Notes: generated by a model not told the origin, from the letters alone. DNA of 64,000 bases from Octopus sinensis (GCF_006345805.1 NC_043002.1:103106001-103170000); one strand, 5' to 3'; shown: positions 39,638 through 53,684, counted from the first letter of the stretch. Numbers and translations are program-made.

Positions 39638-42189
39638 GGGATTTTTGATTATACTGTTGAATTATTCATATATTCCTTTACTCTCGCGAGTTGCATATTT
39701 TGTCCGTGGTTCCATCTCGGAAAATGATTAATCACGGGTGAATTTGTGCAGAAAATAAAATTAGCAAATTCCAAGAAAACGTTATCGAACTATCAATGCC
39801 TGTGTCACAGTTTAATTTATTTAGTAACAGACGCTGTTTTGGACATTTGAAATTACCTGAAAACCTGAGTTGATATTGAAAAAACAAAATTGAAGAAAAT
39901 TTCAAACCAGCTTTAAACTAATGATATTTTTTTGTCAATCGAAGAAAAGTCGGTTGGAAACCCAAATTTAAAAAAAAAAATTTACGCGTATTCTTTGTTA
40001 AATAACAACTTAATGGAGTAACCAAAATATTTTTATAGAATCCATTTTCATACGAGAATGAAATGAAAATTAACTATGGATTAAGTGGTGCACGTCGGTT
40101 TCGTTAGAAATCTCCATTGACACGAGATTAATCAACGGAGAATTTTAAGACATAGAAAATAAGATACTGGGGAAAAAAAAGAGGCAAAATCTGCAAACAG
40201 TAATAAATTTCTGAATAGGAAAATGCTTAATATATGTAAGGCAGATTTTGTGTTATACAGTAATTCATGGACTACAAGTGATATTGAACCGACAGTGTAG
40301 TAGGAAATATTATGGTAGAAGGGACCTTGAAGAAACAATGTGGCGTAACATGTACAGGAAGAAGGAAGCATAAGTGAAATAAGTGGTATTATTTCTGGTA
40401 CGTAAAGATGACTTTTGAACATCAACAACCACATCAATATCCACGCATTGAGCAACTGCAAAAGCAACAAACACATCAATAACAACAACTACGAAAACAA
40501 CAAATAACTTTATGAAAAATAACAGCAACAAAAACAACAGCATCGAATCACCTCCAAACGCTACGTCGTTAGTAATGGCTACAACCATATCCCCAAGGAC
40601 ATCAACAGCAACATAAGCCACATCATCAATGAACACAGTAACAACATCATATAATCTTCTTTTATTTTACGCTGACATGATATGTTACTTAGCATAAGAT
40701 GTATAGACCTTAAAATGAACGCTTGTATGTTGTAGACATTTATTGCTTCGGGAATATCAGCACAATATAGATAACGCAATGCATTATAGGGCATATTCTG
40801 AAACAAACGGTTTCTGCTTTTCTATGATCGGGTCATCAATATGCTGTGAACATTTATACAGTATTAAAACCTTTTTTTTTAAACCGAAGCAAGAAAGAAA
40901 CCTCTATATTAGCGATTTAAAAGCTATTAATTAAAGCCAGATCTACATCGAACCAAAACCTTTGGGGAAATACATATTGGGAAACTGTATCCCTGGAGAA
41001 GTCTACATGATCAGGCTTAACAATAACAACAACACTGTGATATATTTCCTATTTCATGCTGAGCTAGAATGCTACATTGTCCACCCATATAGAACGGAAA
41101 TATATTCTGTCCACAACAATAGAAAAGAAGCCATTATACAAGGACCAGAACACGTCTATATTCAAATCCTTTCTCGCTGACATCTATATAGAGTTGCTTT
41201 TTCAGAGATTCTACACTTATCTCAAAATATATAAGGAAATTCAGGAATCTCCCGCCTGGAATAATTCAGCCAACGGAATAAAACTGACTTAATGATCAAA
41301 TACACCCGGTTCTTGCACACAAGAATGAAATATAATAGGGAAAACAACTTGTGTATATAGGAATACATGATCATTAAAACTATACTACTATAAAAATTAG
41401 ATTGGATGATGGCATTTAGGTGGTCGACATTTATTGTATAGATATAAAACATTAGAAATGAGTTGGATTTCATTTAAGATTGCATAATAGAATATGGAGT
41501 TCGATGGACAATTTCTTATGAAGAGTTCAATAGTTTTCAGGTTATGGAGAAGAAATATATTGAAAAATGGCTAAGCCCCAGACTAACTTACAATTACAAA
41601 AATTCTGAGGAATTAATATTATAGTGTAACTGTTAAATTGGAAATCTTTGTCTTCGTAAATTTTACATACAATCACTTAGTAACGCGCTACTCGCCCTAA
41701 CTATGCCATTTTTTATTTCGATGAATATCTAAATGCAAGCCTAAATGGTTAAGTGGTGTTCAAGGAAAATTTAAGAATGGTTGAAAATAGTAAAGGAGAT
41801 TTCGAAACTCTGCTGCGAAACGCAAAATATGGTGATTAATTTGTCTTCTTATTACGGCAGATAGCCCTCCCCTACAAAGTATAAATATTACACATGTACT
41901 ACTTTGAACTTACAGCTCAAAAGGCAAATTTTCCGTAAAAGATACCCTCAACTGCACAATTTCTCAGTAGCCTCCGAGTAGCGACAGAGTAAATCATCAG
42001 AATATATTACAGATATACTCCTTGTGTTAAGTTACTTTTATCACTAGATTCGGCAGCCATACTACACGCTCCAGGCCATTTGAACAAACACTTACGGAAG
42101 GCTCTCTGTTTCTCTCTCACACTACACAAACACATGCACCACATAAACACACACACTCATATTTATTTATTCATTTATTCACATGCATA

Positions 42190-42211
42190 TGTATACGTAT
42201 ATATACATGTA

Positions 42212-42254
<43 letters not shown>

Positions 42255-42581
42255 ATACTTGTATACATTTATAAATACACGCATACACATATATTGTACA
42301 TAGATACATACACACATATTCATACAGAAGCATACATATATATATTTACACAAATGTGTAATATTCATATCTATATATATATAGAGATATGTATATGTAT
42401 ATATGTGTATGTATATATGTAAATATATATATATATATAATATATCATATAATATATAATATATATATATTATATATATATATATATATATACATATATT
42501 ATATATATATAATATGCATACATATAGATGCATATATTTAATATTCATGCTCATAATTGTTGTATCTATACTTAGGTATAC

Positions 42582-42662
<81 letters not shown>

Positions 42663-43118
42663 TGTGTGTATGTATGCAATAAAAAGGCCAAGACAGAGTG
42701 TGATAGAGAGAGAGAGAGAGAGTGTGTGTGAATGATAGTTAGGGGCTAATATTAGCAAGAAACAGATCCGCTGCTGTTATCGCTAACAGTGGTAGAGGAC
42801 ATTACATCAATGAGATGTTGCTTTATTTATTAATAGGATCACATACTGTGCAGCACTCTGCAAGGCTGCATGATGCATGGGAAAGTTGGCGTGACAACGA
42901 TATATATTTCTTTCAGGTGATCTTCATTGAAGTCAAGCTGAAAAACCACTCAAGCATGTGTGATAAGGAGGCATTTACTTGTATATTTGAACTTCGTTCT
43001 TCTTACTTGGTCGTACTGTTTTTCTATAACTTTCTTTTTGGCATGTATGTATTATTTTTGTATTCTTTGTACACAGTTTCTGTATATATATATATAAATA
43101 TATATATATTATATATAT

Positions 43119-43152
<34 letters not shown>

Positions 43153-43411
43153 ATATATATATATATAATATATATAATATATATATAATATAGAGAATGT
43201 ATGTATGTGTAGATATGAGCGTGTATAGAGAGATAGATATATTTTTAGAGAGGGGGAGACAAAGAGAGAGATAAATATATACATATATATATATAAATGC
43301 ATATATTTGTGCATACATAGAGATATATATTTAGCCTATGCAGATGTTCTATCAGTTGCATTGCCATGTATATATATATGTATATATATGTATATATATA
43401 TATATATATAT

Positions 43412-43450
<39 letters not shown>

Positions 43451-43605
43451 ATATATATATATGCATATATATATATATCCATATATTTATATATATATAT
43501 TTACACACAACACATATATATATACATATATATATATATACATGCACATATATATATATATATATATATAATATATATATATATATTCATACATATATAC
43601 ACGCA
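42190..43605. repeat. Two clusters of (TA)/(TG)/(GA) microsatellites (42190-42730, 43080-43605)
   Basis: Read directly from the sequence. Confidence 0.9.
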
Positions 43606-44429
43606 GTAGTCGTTATTTTAAAATTTCATATATATTTCAGAAGAAAATTTTAACCGATTTCATGTAATACGTCATTTTATGCGCTGTTATTGGTCCATTA
43701 ATTTTATGGTAATAACGTTACCCTACCTTCTTTCTCATGCTTATATTGTCAACTGAAAGATGAAATGAAAGTAAATTTGAGAGACTTTCTTTTGCTGAAG
43801 ATGTCGCGCAGAACAGCGTAGTCTTCTTTCAATACCAAGAACGTTTCTTCTGCGTGTCGTCAGCCACTGAATTCCTCAAAATTTCTTCCAAATAATTCAG
43901 TGGGGAAACATTTGATGCGAAGTTGATGGAATTTTGCCACGCGTCACTCCGATGAGCAATGAAAATTATGGGTCAATTTTCTAATGAACCCAAAGAAACC
44001 CGATTGATTAAAACTGACCTTGGAGTTTTAATCAATCGGTTAAAAATAGTCGAAAAATCGCTTAAAAGTAGGGCCGGAAATTTCTCGGTTAAGGAAAAGA
44101 GAACCGTTCTTAAGAAATATATTCTGCTCATGATTGGATAAAACAGCGGTCGGTCAATTTGAAGGCCACATTTTGGCATCTAACGAAAATTGGTGTCTTC
44201 AAAGACATACAACGGTGCTACAAGCAGTTACTACAATGAGGATAAGCAATAACTTATGCAGTATAGAATATATTTTACAATCTTTAAGTTGTTGGTTCCT
44301 TTGTTAATTTTAGATTCTTCCAATGATCTTCACATAGCCAGCTGACCGAAGCCCACTTAATAATAGGGAGGAGGAAATTCCTCATTACTCAAAGGTAACA
44401 GCGGGCATTTTCTTCCTTGGCCATCGGTT

Positions 44430-44650
44430 ATCGACTTCCGGCTGTTCCGCCATCTTGTGGGTTCCAAATGGTTAGCAGGAATCTCCTGAAATGTAAACAT
44501 GGCCCGACAATCTCCGTTCTGGAGTTAAGAATGTCCCCTCCTGGGTCGATGGAGTCCTTTAGTATCCTCGCCCGTTTCCCTATGCACAATTTGTACCGTT
44601 GATAATATGTTTCATACCGAGCGGAACCCCGGAAGTGGTAAATATCCAAG
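44430..44650 (-). mobile_element. Penelope-like GIY-YIG endonuclease C-terminal fragment
   Basis: ORF 44428-44649: ARYETYYQRYKLCIGKRARIL...DILNSRTEIVGPCLHFRRFLL matches the PLE pattern A..Y....C.LC..EK..I...LN.R.EI...C.H. Confidence 0.65.
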
Positions 44651-45664
44651 CGAGATGTATGCTACCATTTGTATCCCGTATATTATCTTCACTATTACTT
44701 AAATCTTGTATTTGTTATTTTTGCATACCTAGCGGCCCTGGTTGCCTACCGTTAAATATAATTTTTTTTTTCTGTTCACCATACTTCGACGCGGAAGAAA
44801 TCTACGATATTCCACCTCAATACACCACGAATATTCATGAAAGTTTTTTATATTTTGTATGGTTTGCTTGAAGTTGACCTTCTTCCCACGCTTCGGTCCT
44901 TAGATCTTACATTCATATATATATATTGTATACACACGTGTGTGTGTGTTTATGTGTGTAAAACATGCGTATAAGTAGTTGTCTCTAATGCTTGTGAGTA
45001 TGTATGTGTTGCAAATATGTCTGTAGTAAATATCAAACAGCCACCATGATGGCAAAGAAGAATAATTCGCAGTTGGCCGAGGCAGGCTGTAAATCAGTGC
45101 GTGAAACGTTATAAGACAATAATTGTCTTATGTTAACCACGAGTATTTCTAATCACTAGGGCTTATATAATTTCTAAATACTTCCCGATCAGATACGTGC
45201 CAAACGTTTACAGCAGGGTGAATGTAATCAATTAAATTGACGGAAATAACTGCAACCGTTGCCCCAGCTTGGCAGCAGTGCGAAGGATGAAAGCAAACAT
45301 GTAATGCGTTTGTGTGTATATCTTTTACGTAGGTGTGAGTATATATAGATTTATATAGATAGGTGTGAGTATATAGAGATATATTTGTGTGTATGGTGTA
45401 TCTGCGTGTTTTGTACTTTAGTTTTCGTTTACGTATTCAGTAAAGCTCTTCTTATTACTGCCACCTCTGTTGGTTATCGCTGCCGCCGCCGTCGTCGTCG
45501 CTGTTGTTGTTTTTGTTGTTGTCATTGTTGTTGTTGTTGTTGTTGTTCTACCGAATATTCCTCACAGTTGCAATGGAACAGCTCCTACTTCTTCAAGAAT
45601 AAATGGATTTAAGTTTCCTTAGAGAAAAAGGACATCCTATCCACTCTCCTCCTGCCACATGCAT

Positions 45665-45719
<55 letters not shown>

Positions 45720-46770
45720 CACACACAAACACACACAAACACAAACACACGCACATACACACACGAAAATACGCACTCACACACACATATATACTGCTAG
45801 CACCACGAATAAATCTACTCCACTTTCAAAGAATTAATTCAGAAGATATTCTTTGAAGAATATAAAGGGAATGTATTATAGTTGATTAGGTTTAATCTAT
45901 GCATGGATTCCACTGCTGTGTCTGCGATGCCAAGTCTACATTTCGTTGCCAACGAGATTCAATGAAGATGGACTTTTCCAAGTAGCAGCGCAGCCACAAA
46001 CTTTGCTTCTGTGATTGACAGTTTAATTGAAATATTTCGGTTGTTCGACAATAAATCTGGAAACTTGCTTGAGACTTAAATAAAAGTAGAGCGTGCGAAC
46101 ACACATCCGCACAGATACTCCCAGTTACTGTTGCCATAACAAATACACTCATACATGAGTTGACTATTATCCATTTATATACATACATACATGCTACAAT
46201 GTCACACAGACATGCAACACCTTCTTCCATCAGACACATGCATATACAACCTAGGATAAATTCTCAAGTGTGTTGCAAATGTATCCCCTTCCATTGGACG
46301 GATAAAATATCTTACGTTTACACACACATGTAAATATACACGCGTTTAAACACCAATATACACACACATACAGACATACATAAATACATACATGCAAAAA
46401 TACATATGAACATGTATACATACACACACACACATACGCTCGGAAGCATATGAAGATTCCTGGTTGTGTGAAAAAATAGCTACACTTAAAACTACGCACC
46501 TATTTACACCGATTTGAACAAAGTCAGCCGCACCGTATGAGACACTTAACACATGCACACACAGACACACTCCATCACACCTATGCAGACACACACACAC
46601 ACACCATGGGTGTGTGTGTGTGTGTGCGTGTATGTAGGTATATATATTATATAGTCGTGATAAATGTATCTTGATGGAATCGTACAAGCGCCATAGTGCT
46701 ACATATATACATTCCCGGCTGCGCACAAACGAGTGTATATATATATATATCATTATGTATATATATATAT

Positions 46771-46891
46771 ATTGGCCTGCTCGCCTAGCTAGCGGGTAGC
46801 GTCTTTTGAAGACTAAAACAATGTGAAGCGCATTGTGAACAGCGATGTGTAGCAACATCTGATAGCCTGGTCGGTGACGGTGACGGTGATA
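46771..46891 (+). mobile_element. Orphan copy of the family R tail type 2
   Basis: Reverse complement of 20126-20243 (TGGCCTGCTCGC...CTAAAACAATG...CAACATCTGAT...TGGTCGGT). Confidence 0.8.
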
Positions 46892-46918
46892 TATTATATA
46901 TATATATGTGTGTGTGTG

Positions 46919-46951
<33 letters not shown>

Positions 46952-46972
46952 CTGTGTCTGTGTGTTTGTGTA

Positions 46973-47003
<31 letters not shown>

Positions 47004-47327
47004 GGATGTGCAAGTTTATTTTATATTTAATATGTTTCAATCATTAGACTGCAGTAATTGTAAATTCATCTCCTTAAAAAGTTTCTAGATTCCTTCCGTA
47101 GTTATACAGAAACGACTCCATGCCAGTACGTATGCATATGCAATACTTGAATATACGTGTTTATATAGATGTCATTGCGCGAGTGGATCTGCAGCTTTCG
47201 ACTTATACAAACGCAGACATGTTGTTGCATAACAATATGCGTTTACATTCAGTTTTCACTTGAATAACTAGTGAAACCTTTAGACCTTTAGACATTAGTT
47301 TTAATGCCTGATGTTTGCAATATCCTA

Positions 47328-47700
47328 GGCGGAAACGTTAGCACGCCGGGCGAAATGCGTAGACGCATTTCGTCTGCCGTTGTTTTGAGTTCAAATTCCG
47401 CCGAGGTTGACTTTGAGTTTCATCCCTTCGAGGTCGATTAAATAACTACCAGTTACGCACTGGGGTCGATATAATCGACTTAATCCGTTTGTCTGTCCTT
47501 GTTTGTCCTCTCTGTGTGTAGCCCCTTGTGGGTAGTAATAGAATAGAAATAGGTATGTCGTCTACCGAGGTGGATTTTGCCTTTAGTCCTTTAAGGGTGG
47601 ATTAAATACGTACCAGTTACTCTTTGGAGTAGGTGTAATTGACATCACTTGTTTGTCCCCTTTATGTTTAGCCCATTCGGGCAATAGAGAAATAAATATT
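47328..47700 (+). mobile_element. Family M SINE (47328-47550) followed by an older headless partial copy (47555-47700)
   Basis: Same body as the array units. The second copy is more diverged. Confidence 0.8.
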
Positions 47701-48700
47701 TGCAATATCTTGATTTGCCTTGTTCTTTCTTGTTTTTGAAGCCAGGTTTCCCACGAATGGTGCCGATGCAGTTGATTATGTATTCATGCGTATTAACAAT
47801 CAAAATTTCCTAATTTTGTTGGGCTAACTTTTGTCGCCTCATAAATTCCGCAAAGACACTTGCTAATAACTTCTGTGCCTCTACTTTCTAACTTTCTGCA
47901 TACTTTTTCTCTGCTACTTGTAAAGAGGCAGTGTTGTCCTGCTGATAAACAGATAATTTCTCGCCGTTGTGCAAAACTGCAGGGTATTATTCTCAATAAT
48001 CAATTAAGGATTACCTCCTGAAAAGTGGTGTGCAAACCTGATCATTGTTATTTAACTTATGATCAAAAGCTAAATTTGAACCTTAGAAGTTACTTGATGT
48101 AAAGAAGAGGAGTGTTGTTCAACGATGTTTGAATCAAAGTTAAGCATCTGCCCGTTTTAATTTTGAACAGTAAGAGGCGTTAATAATTCCACCCCAAACT
48201 TCCAACTTCCTTCCTGCATGTTTGTGATATTATTGTCACAGTGACCCACGTCGAATTGTTTCAGACAGGATGTATACATTTTACACGTGAAATTCGTGCA
48301 TGCAATTAGCCCGCACTTGTTACGATGCGAGTAGTTCTTTTTGTGACATTAGTTGTTCTTCTGCTGGCGCCAACAAACACGATATGTTTGTCGAGAACTT
48401 GTTGGTTAACATTGATAAAAATTCCTCCGATATAAGGTCAGCTGTTTATACTAGAATCTCACAATCAAGACTTTTGATTTACTTTCGAACCAATGATACT
48501 GAATACTTTTGGTTCAATACATGAGCAATCCTCCTTTGATTCCCATTCAGCTTACTTTTTCTCTTTTATCCTTTATTTTAATTATTCTCTCCTCCCCATA
48601 TTTCGCAACATGAATTAACTTCTGCCTTCTTCTTTGACACTAATTGATTGTCTGACCATATCTTTGTGAACAAGACGTCGATCTCAAACAAATTCCTTCT

Positions 48701-51499
48701 TAATTATTTCCCTGTCACCTCCCGTCTTTCTATGACGGAATTTTTTCTTTATCCCGTAGTCAACCCCGTTTGAGAGCGATATATTTTAACTAAAGTAAAT
48801 CGGCGAGCTGGCAGAACTGTTAGCACGCCGGGCGAAATGCGTAGCCGTATTTCGTCTGCCGTTACGTTCAGAGTTCAAATCACGCCGAGGTCGACTTTGC
48901 CTTTCATCCTTTCATCCTTTCGGGGTCGATAAATTAAGTACCAGTTACGCACTGGAGTCGATGCAATCGACTCAATCCGTTAGTCTGTCCTTATTTGTCC
49001 CTTCTATGTTTAGCCCCTTTTGGGTAATAAAGAAACAGATATATTTTTACTGAAGTAAGGCGGCGAGCTGGCAGAACCGTTAGCACGCCGGGCGAAATGC
49101 GTAGCCGTATTTCGTCTGCGGTTACGTTCAGAGTTCAAATCACGCCGAGGTCGACTTTGCCTTTCATCCTTTCGGGGTCGATAAATTAAGTACCAGTTAC
49201 GCACTGGGGTCGATGTAGTCGACTTAATCCCTTTGTCTGTCCTTGTTTGTCCCCTCTGTGTTTAGCCCCTTTTGGGTAGTAAAGAAATATAATTATTTCC
49301 CTGTCACCTCCCGTCTTTCTATGACGGAATTTTTTCTTTATCCCGTAGTCAACCCCGTTTGAGAGCGATATATTTTAACTAAAGTAAATCGGCGAGCTGG
49401 CAGAACTGTTAGCACGCCGGGCGAAATGCGTAGCCGTATTTCGTCTGCCGTTACGTTCAGAGTTCAAATCACGCCGAGGTCGACTTTGCCTTTCATCCTT
49501 TCATCCTTTCGGGGTCGATAAATTAAGTACCAGTTACGCACTGGAGTCGATGTAATCGACTCAATCCGTTAGTCTGTCCTTATTTGTCCCTTCTATGTTT
49601 AGCCCCTTTTGCGTAATAAAGAAACAGATATATTTTTACTGAAGTAAGGCGGCGAGCTGGCAGAACCGTTAGCACGCCGGGCGAAATGCGTAGCCGTATT
49701 TCGTCTGCGGTTACGTTCAGAGTTCAAATCACGCCGAGGTCGACTTTGCCTTTCATCCTTTCATCCTTTCGGGGTCGATAAATTAAGTACCAGTTACGCA
49801 CTGGAGTCGATGTAATCGACTCAATCCGTTAGTCTGTCCTTATTTGTCCCTTCTATGTTTAGCCCCTTTTGGGTAATAAAGAAACAGATATATTTTTACT
49901 GAAGTAAGGCGGCGAGCTGGCAGAACCGTTAGCACGCCGGGCGAAATGCGTAGCCGTATTTCGTCTGCGGTTACGTTCAGAGTTCAAATCACGCCGAGGT
50001 CGACTTTGCCTTTCATCCTTTCGGGGTCGATAAATTAAGTACCAGTTAAGCACTGGGGTCGATGTAGTCGACTTAATCCCTTTGTCTGTCCTTGTTTGTC
50101 CCCTCTGTGTTTAGCCCCTTTTGGGTAGTAAAGAAATATAATATTTCCCTGTCACCTCCCGTCTTTCTATGACGGAATTTTTTCTTTATCCCGTAGTCAA
50201 CCCCGTTTGAGAGCGATATATTTTAACTAAATTACATCGGCGAGCTGGCAGAACTGTTAGCACCCGGGCGAAATGCGTAGCCGTATTTCGTCTGCCGTTA
50301 CGTTCAGAGTTCAAATCACGCCGAGGTCGACTTTGCCTTTCATCCTTTCATCCTTTCGGGGTCGATAAATTAGTACCAGTTACGCACTGGAGTCGATGTA
50401 ATCGACTCAATCCGTTATTCTGTCCTTATTTGTCCCTTCTATGTTTAGGCCCCTTTTGGGTAATAAAGAAACAGATATATTTTACTGAAGTAAGGCGGTG
50501 AGCTGGCAAACCGTTAGCACGCGGGCGAAATGCGTAGCCGTATTTCGTCTGCGGTTACGTTCAGAGTTCAATCACGCCGAGGTCGACTTTGCCTTTCATC
50601 CTTTCGGGGTCGATAAATTAAGTACCAGTTAAGCACTGGGGTCGATGTAATCGGTTTAATCCGTTTGTCTGTCCTTGTTTGTCCCTTCTATGTTTAGCCC
50701 CTTGTGGGTAATAAAGAAACATATATTTTTTACTGAAGTAAGGCGGCGAGCTGGCAGAACCGTTAGCATGCCGAGCGAAATGCGTAGCCGTATTTCGTCT
50801 GCGGTTACGTTCAGAGTTCAAATCACGCCGAGGTCGACTTTGCCTTTCATCCTTTCATCCTTCGGGGTCGATAAATTAAGTACCAGTTACGCACTGGAGT
50901 GGATGTAATCGACTCAATCCGTTAGTCTGTCCTTATTGTCCCTTCTATGTTTAGCCCCTTTTGGGTAATAAAGAAACAGATATATTTTTTACTGAAGTAA
51001 GGCGGCGAGCTGGCAGAACCGTTAGCACGCCGGGCGAAATGCGTAGCCGTATTTCGTCTGCGTTACGTTCAGAGTTCAAATCACGCCGAGGTAGATCGAC
51101 TTGCCTTCATCCTTTCGGGGTCGATAAATTAAGTACCAGTTAAGCACTGGGGTCGATGTAATCGGTTTAATCCGTTGTCTGTCTGTTTGTCCTTCTAGGT
51201 TTAGCCCCTTGTGGGTAATAAAGAAACATATATTTTTTACTGAAGTAAGGCGGCGAGCTGGCAGAACCGTTAGCATGCCGAGCGAAATGCGTAGCCGTAT
51301 TTCGTCTGCGGTTACGTTCAGAGTTCAAATCACGCCGAGGTCGAATTTGCCTTTCATCCTTTCGGGGTCGATAAATTAAGTACCAGTTACGCACTGGAGT
51401 CGATGTAATCGACTTAATCCGTTTGTCTGTCCTTCTTAGTCCCCTCTATGTTTAGCCCCTTGTCGGTAATAAAGAAACAAATATGTTTTTACTCAAAAG
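48701..51499 (+). repeat. Higher-order tandem array of 10 family M tRNA-derived SINEs with three copies of a spacer of about 100 bp
   Basis: Unit starts at 48801, 49061, 49390, 49650, 49910, 50238, 50496, 50744, 51003 and 51251 (period about 250-260 bp). Spacer X at 48701-48800, 49290-49389 and 50139-50237. Each unit has A box TGGCAGAAC and B box GAGTTCAAATC (slightly degraded in unit 7). Confidence 0.92.
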
Positions 51500-52308
51500 T
51501 TCTCTTTTTAAATTCTACCTAACGCTGTTTCACTTATTCTGTATAATTATTTGCTTTTTAGATGGGCAATACCGTCTAACAGGTGGTATTCTGTAAATAA
51601 AAGATGGTGATTTTCATTTTCCAATATTCTGCACATTTTATTTTTATTGCGCTGGCTTTCTCTTCTTCAGCAGCTGTAACGTACAGTATTCTGGTTGTTT
51701 AGACTGCGTGTAACTATGACGTAATCTGTTAAAAGCGGAGTTTAAATTACAGATCTATAAATATGCAGCAGAGGTAAATTTAAGCACCTTTAGAATCACG
51801 TCATTTGATTTGATTTCAGCATTTTCCCTCGCTAGTGTTACTGAATCCTTTGAGAGAATATTGTTATCTTTCAGTGTACGCCAGAGATAGCTGAGTAACA
51901 ATAGAGGAGAGGGTTAAATCTAATTGCAAGTTCGTAAAGCAGAGATACGAAACTGATTCGTCGAGGGAGGCGTGTCTGCTTTCGAAAATGTCCACGTGGT
52001 ATTATTTCTGCAGTGTTTACACTTCCAAGAATGATAACATGTGCAAAATTCCCCAGAATATAATTGCGATAATCTAGTTATTTGCGCTCACCAAATGTCA
52101 TTTTGTTAACGTAATTGCTTTGCGTTAAATAATTTAATTCGATGTTTGTTCGTGCCACTTGCTTTTATTCCCTTCATATAAAAAATAGATGGAGATTCTT
52201 TTGCCGTTCCATAGCAAAAGAAATTGAATGTTAGTTTTTTATCTCCAACACTAATATACTTTATTGTTTCAATTGCCTCCAACACCAATTGCCTTCTCTC
52301 TCTCTCCC

Positions 52309-52359
<51 letters not shown>

Positions 52360-52382
52360 TATATATATATACATATATATAT

Positions 52383-52428
<46 letters not shown>

Positions 52429-52653
52429 AGGCAGCGAGCTGGCGGAAATGTTAGCGCACCGGATGAATTGCTTAGCGGCGTTTCGTCTGACGTTATGTTC
52501 TGAGTTCAAATTCCGCCGAGGTCGACTTTGCCCTTCATCCTTTCGGGGTCGATAAATAAAGTACCAGTTTCGCACTGGGCTTCATGTAATCGAATTAATC
52601 CGTTTGTCTGTCCTCGTTTATCCCTTCTATGTTTAGCCCCTTGTGGGTAGTAA

Positions 52654-52654
<1 letters not shown>
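52429..52654 (+). mobile_element. Family M SINE, full length, diverged
   Basis: Head GGCAGCGAGCTGGCGGAAA and core CTTTCGGGGTCGATAAATAAAGTACCAG, lying between (GA)n and (TA)n. Confidence 0.88.
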
Positions 52655-52702
<48 letters not shown>

Positions 52703-53550
52703 CTGACAGACAGACAGAGATAGATAGATAGATAAGAAATAGTGTGCCTACTCTACACAACATATATAGCAATGGAATGTTTAAGGCACGTATTTCACAA
52801 ATCTAGCTCACATGGTCTCCAAAGAATTCTTTCCGACCATCGCCTGACTGCGATGAAAGTAGCTATTCAAAGTCCGAGTAACCAATTAAGCATGTTTATG
52901 TTTAAATACATAAAAGAAGACGTATTACATACATTCATGCCTAATTTTTTTTTTTTTGCCTGTTCCAGTTGGTGTCCGGTTAGTGAATAAAAGTGATTAT
53001 CTTTAGATTTATGAAAATCGTAGTGACAAATCTCTTAACTGAACCGTACTAAAAAAAAGAAGGATGCATGGGATAATGCTAGTTTCAATGCACTCTGTTT
53101 TTAGAAAGCTTGATTGGACCTGCGGATTGAACCAACAGGAAAAGCAAAGCAACACAACATGAGGATCTGAAAACGTCAATCACAGCCAAAATGCCGTCTT
53201 CTTCAAACCGACGTGTTAACGGTTTTATACAGACGTAACATATTTGTGTGTTTGTGTGTGAATGTAGGGATTGTCAGTAGTCGTATAAATGCATATACAT
53301 ATGTATATAGGTTTACATATGCATGTGTGTGTGTGTGTGTGTGCGCGTATATCGTTATCTCTCCTTATATTTAATGAAGAGAATCCATTTTAGAAATCAA
53401 AATCTTACAAATGAGATAAATTACGTATAACATGCTGGCATCTACATCACACTCGGCTTTCTCATTTGAAAGTAACATTATATCTCAAATAATCCTTCCA
53501 TTTCATTTGTATACAATCATACGCACATATATACATTTATATGTGTGTTT

Positions 53551-53596
<46 letters not shown>

Positions 53597-53650
53597 TATA
53601 TATAGGTATATATATGTATATGTATATATATATATGCATATAGGTAGATG

Positions 53651-53684
<34 letters not shown>

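Noticed and set aside
40740-41330. PLE reverse transcriptase remnant (SFLADIYI)
   Set aside because: Weak similarity to one motif, with no YVDD-type catalytic motif nearby.
43790-43820. Hammerhead at CTGAAGA-TG-tcgcg-CA-GAAC
   Set aside because: GAAA is incomplete and no stem I or stem III can form.
44370-44456. First coding exon MAEQPEVDNRWPRKKMPAVTF on the minus strand, starting in the YY1 motif
   Set aside because: It lies directly downstream of a PLE GIY-YIG end, has only a weak donor site, and the peptide is not recognisable.
47900-48000. Tc1 fragment on the minus strand (YQQDNTA, resembling FQQDNA)
   Set aside because: One motif only, with no other transposase motifs or TIRs.
48701-51499. 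CRISPR-like repeat-spacer array
   Set aside because: Units are about 250 bp SINEs with Pol III boxes, the spacers are identical rather than unique, and there are no cas genes in this eukaryotic DNA.
51604-51702. Signal-peptide-like mini ORF MVIFIFQYSAHFIFIALAFSSSAA followed by GTAACG
   Set aside because: T-rich DNA readily gives F/I-rich peptides, and no promoter or downstream exon supports it.
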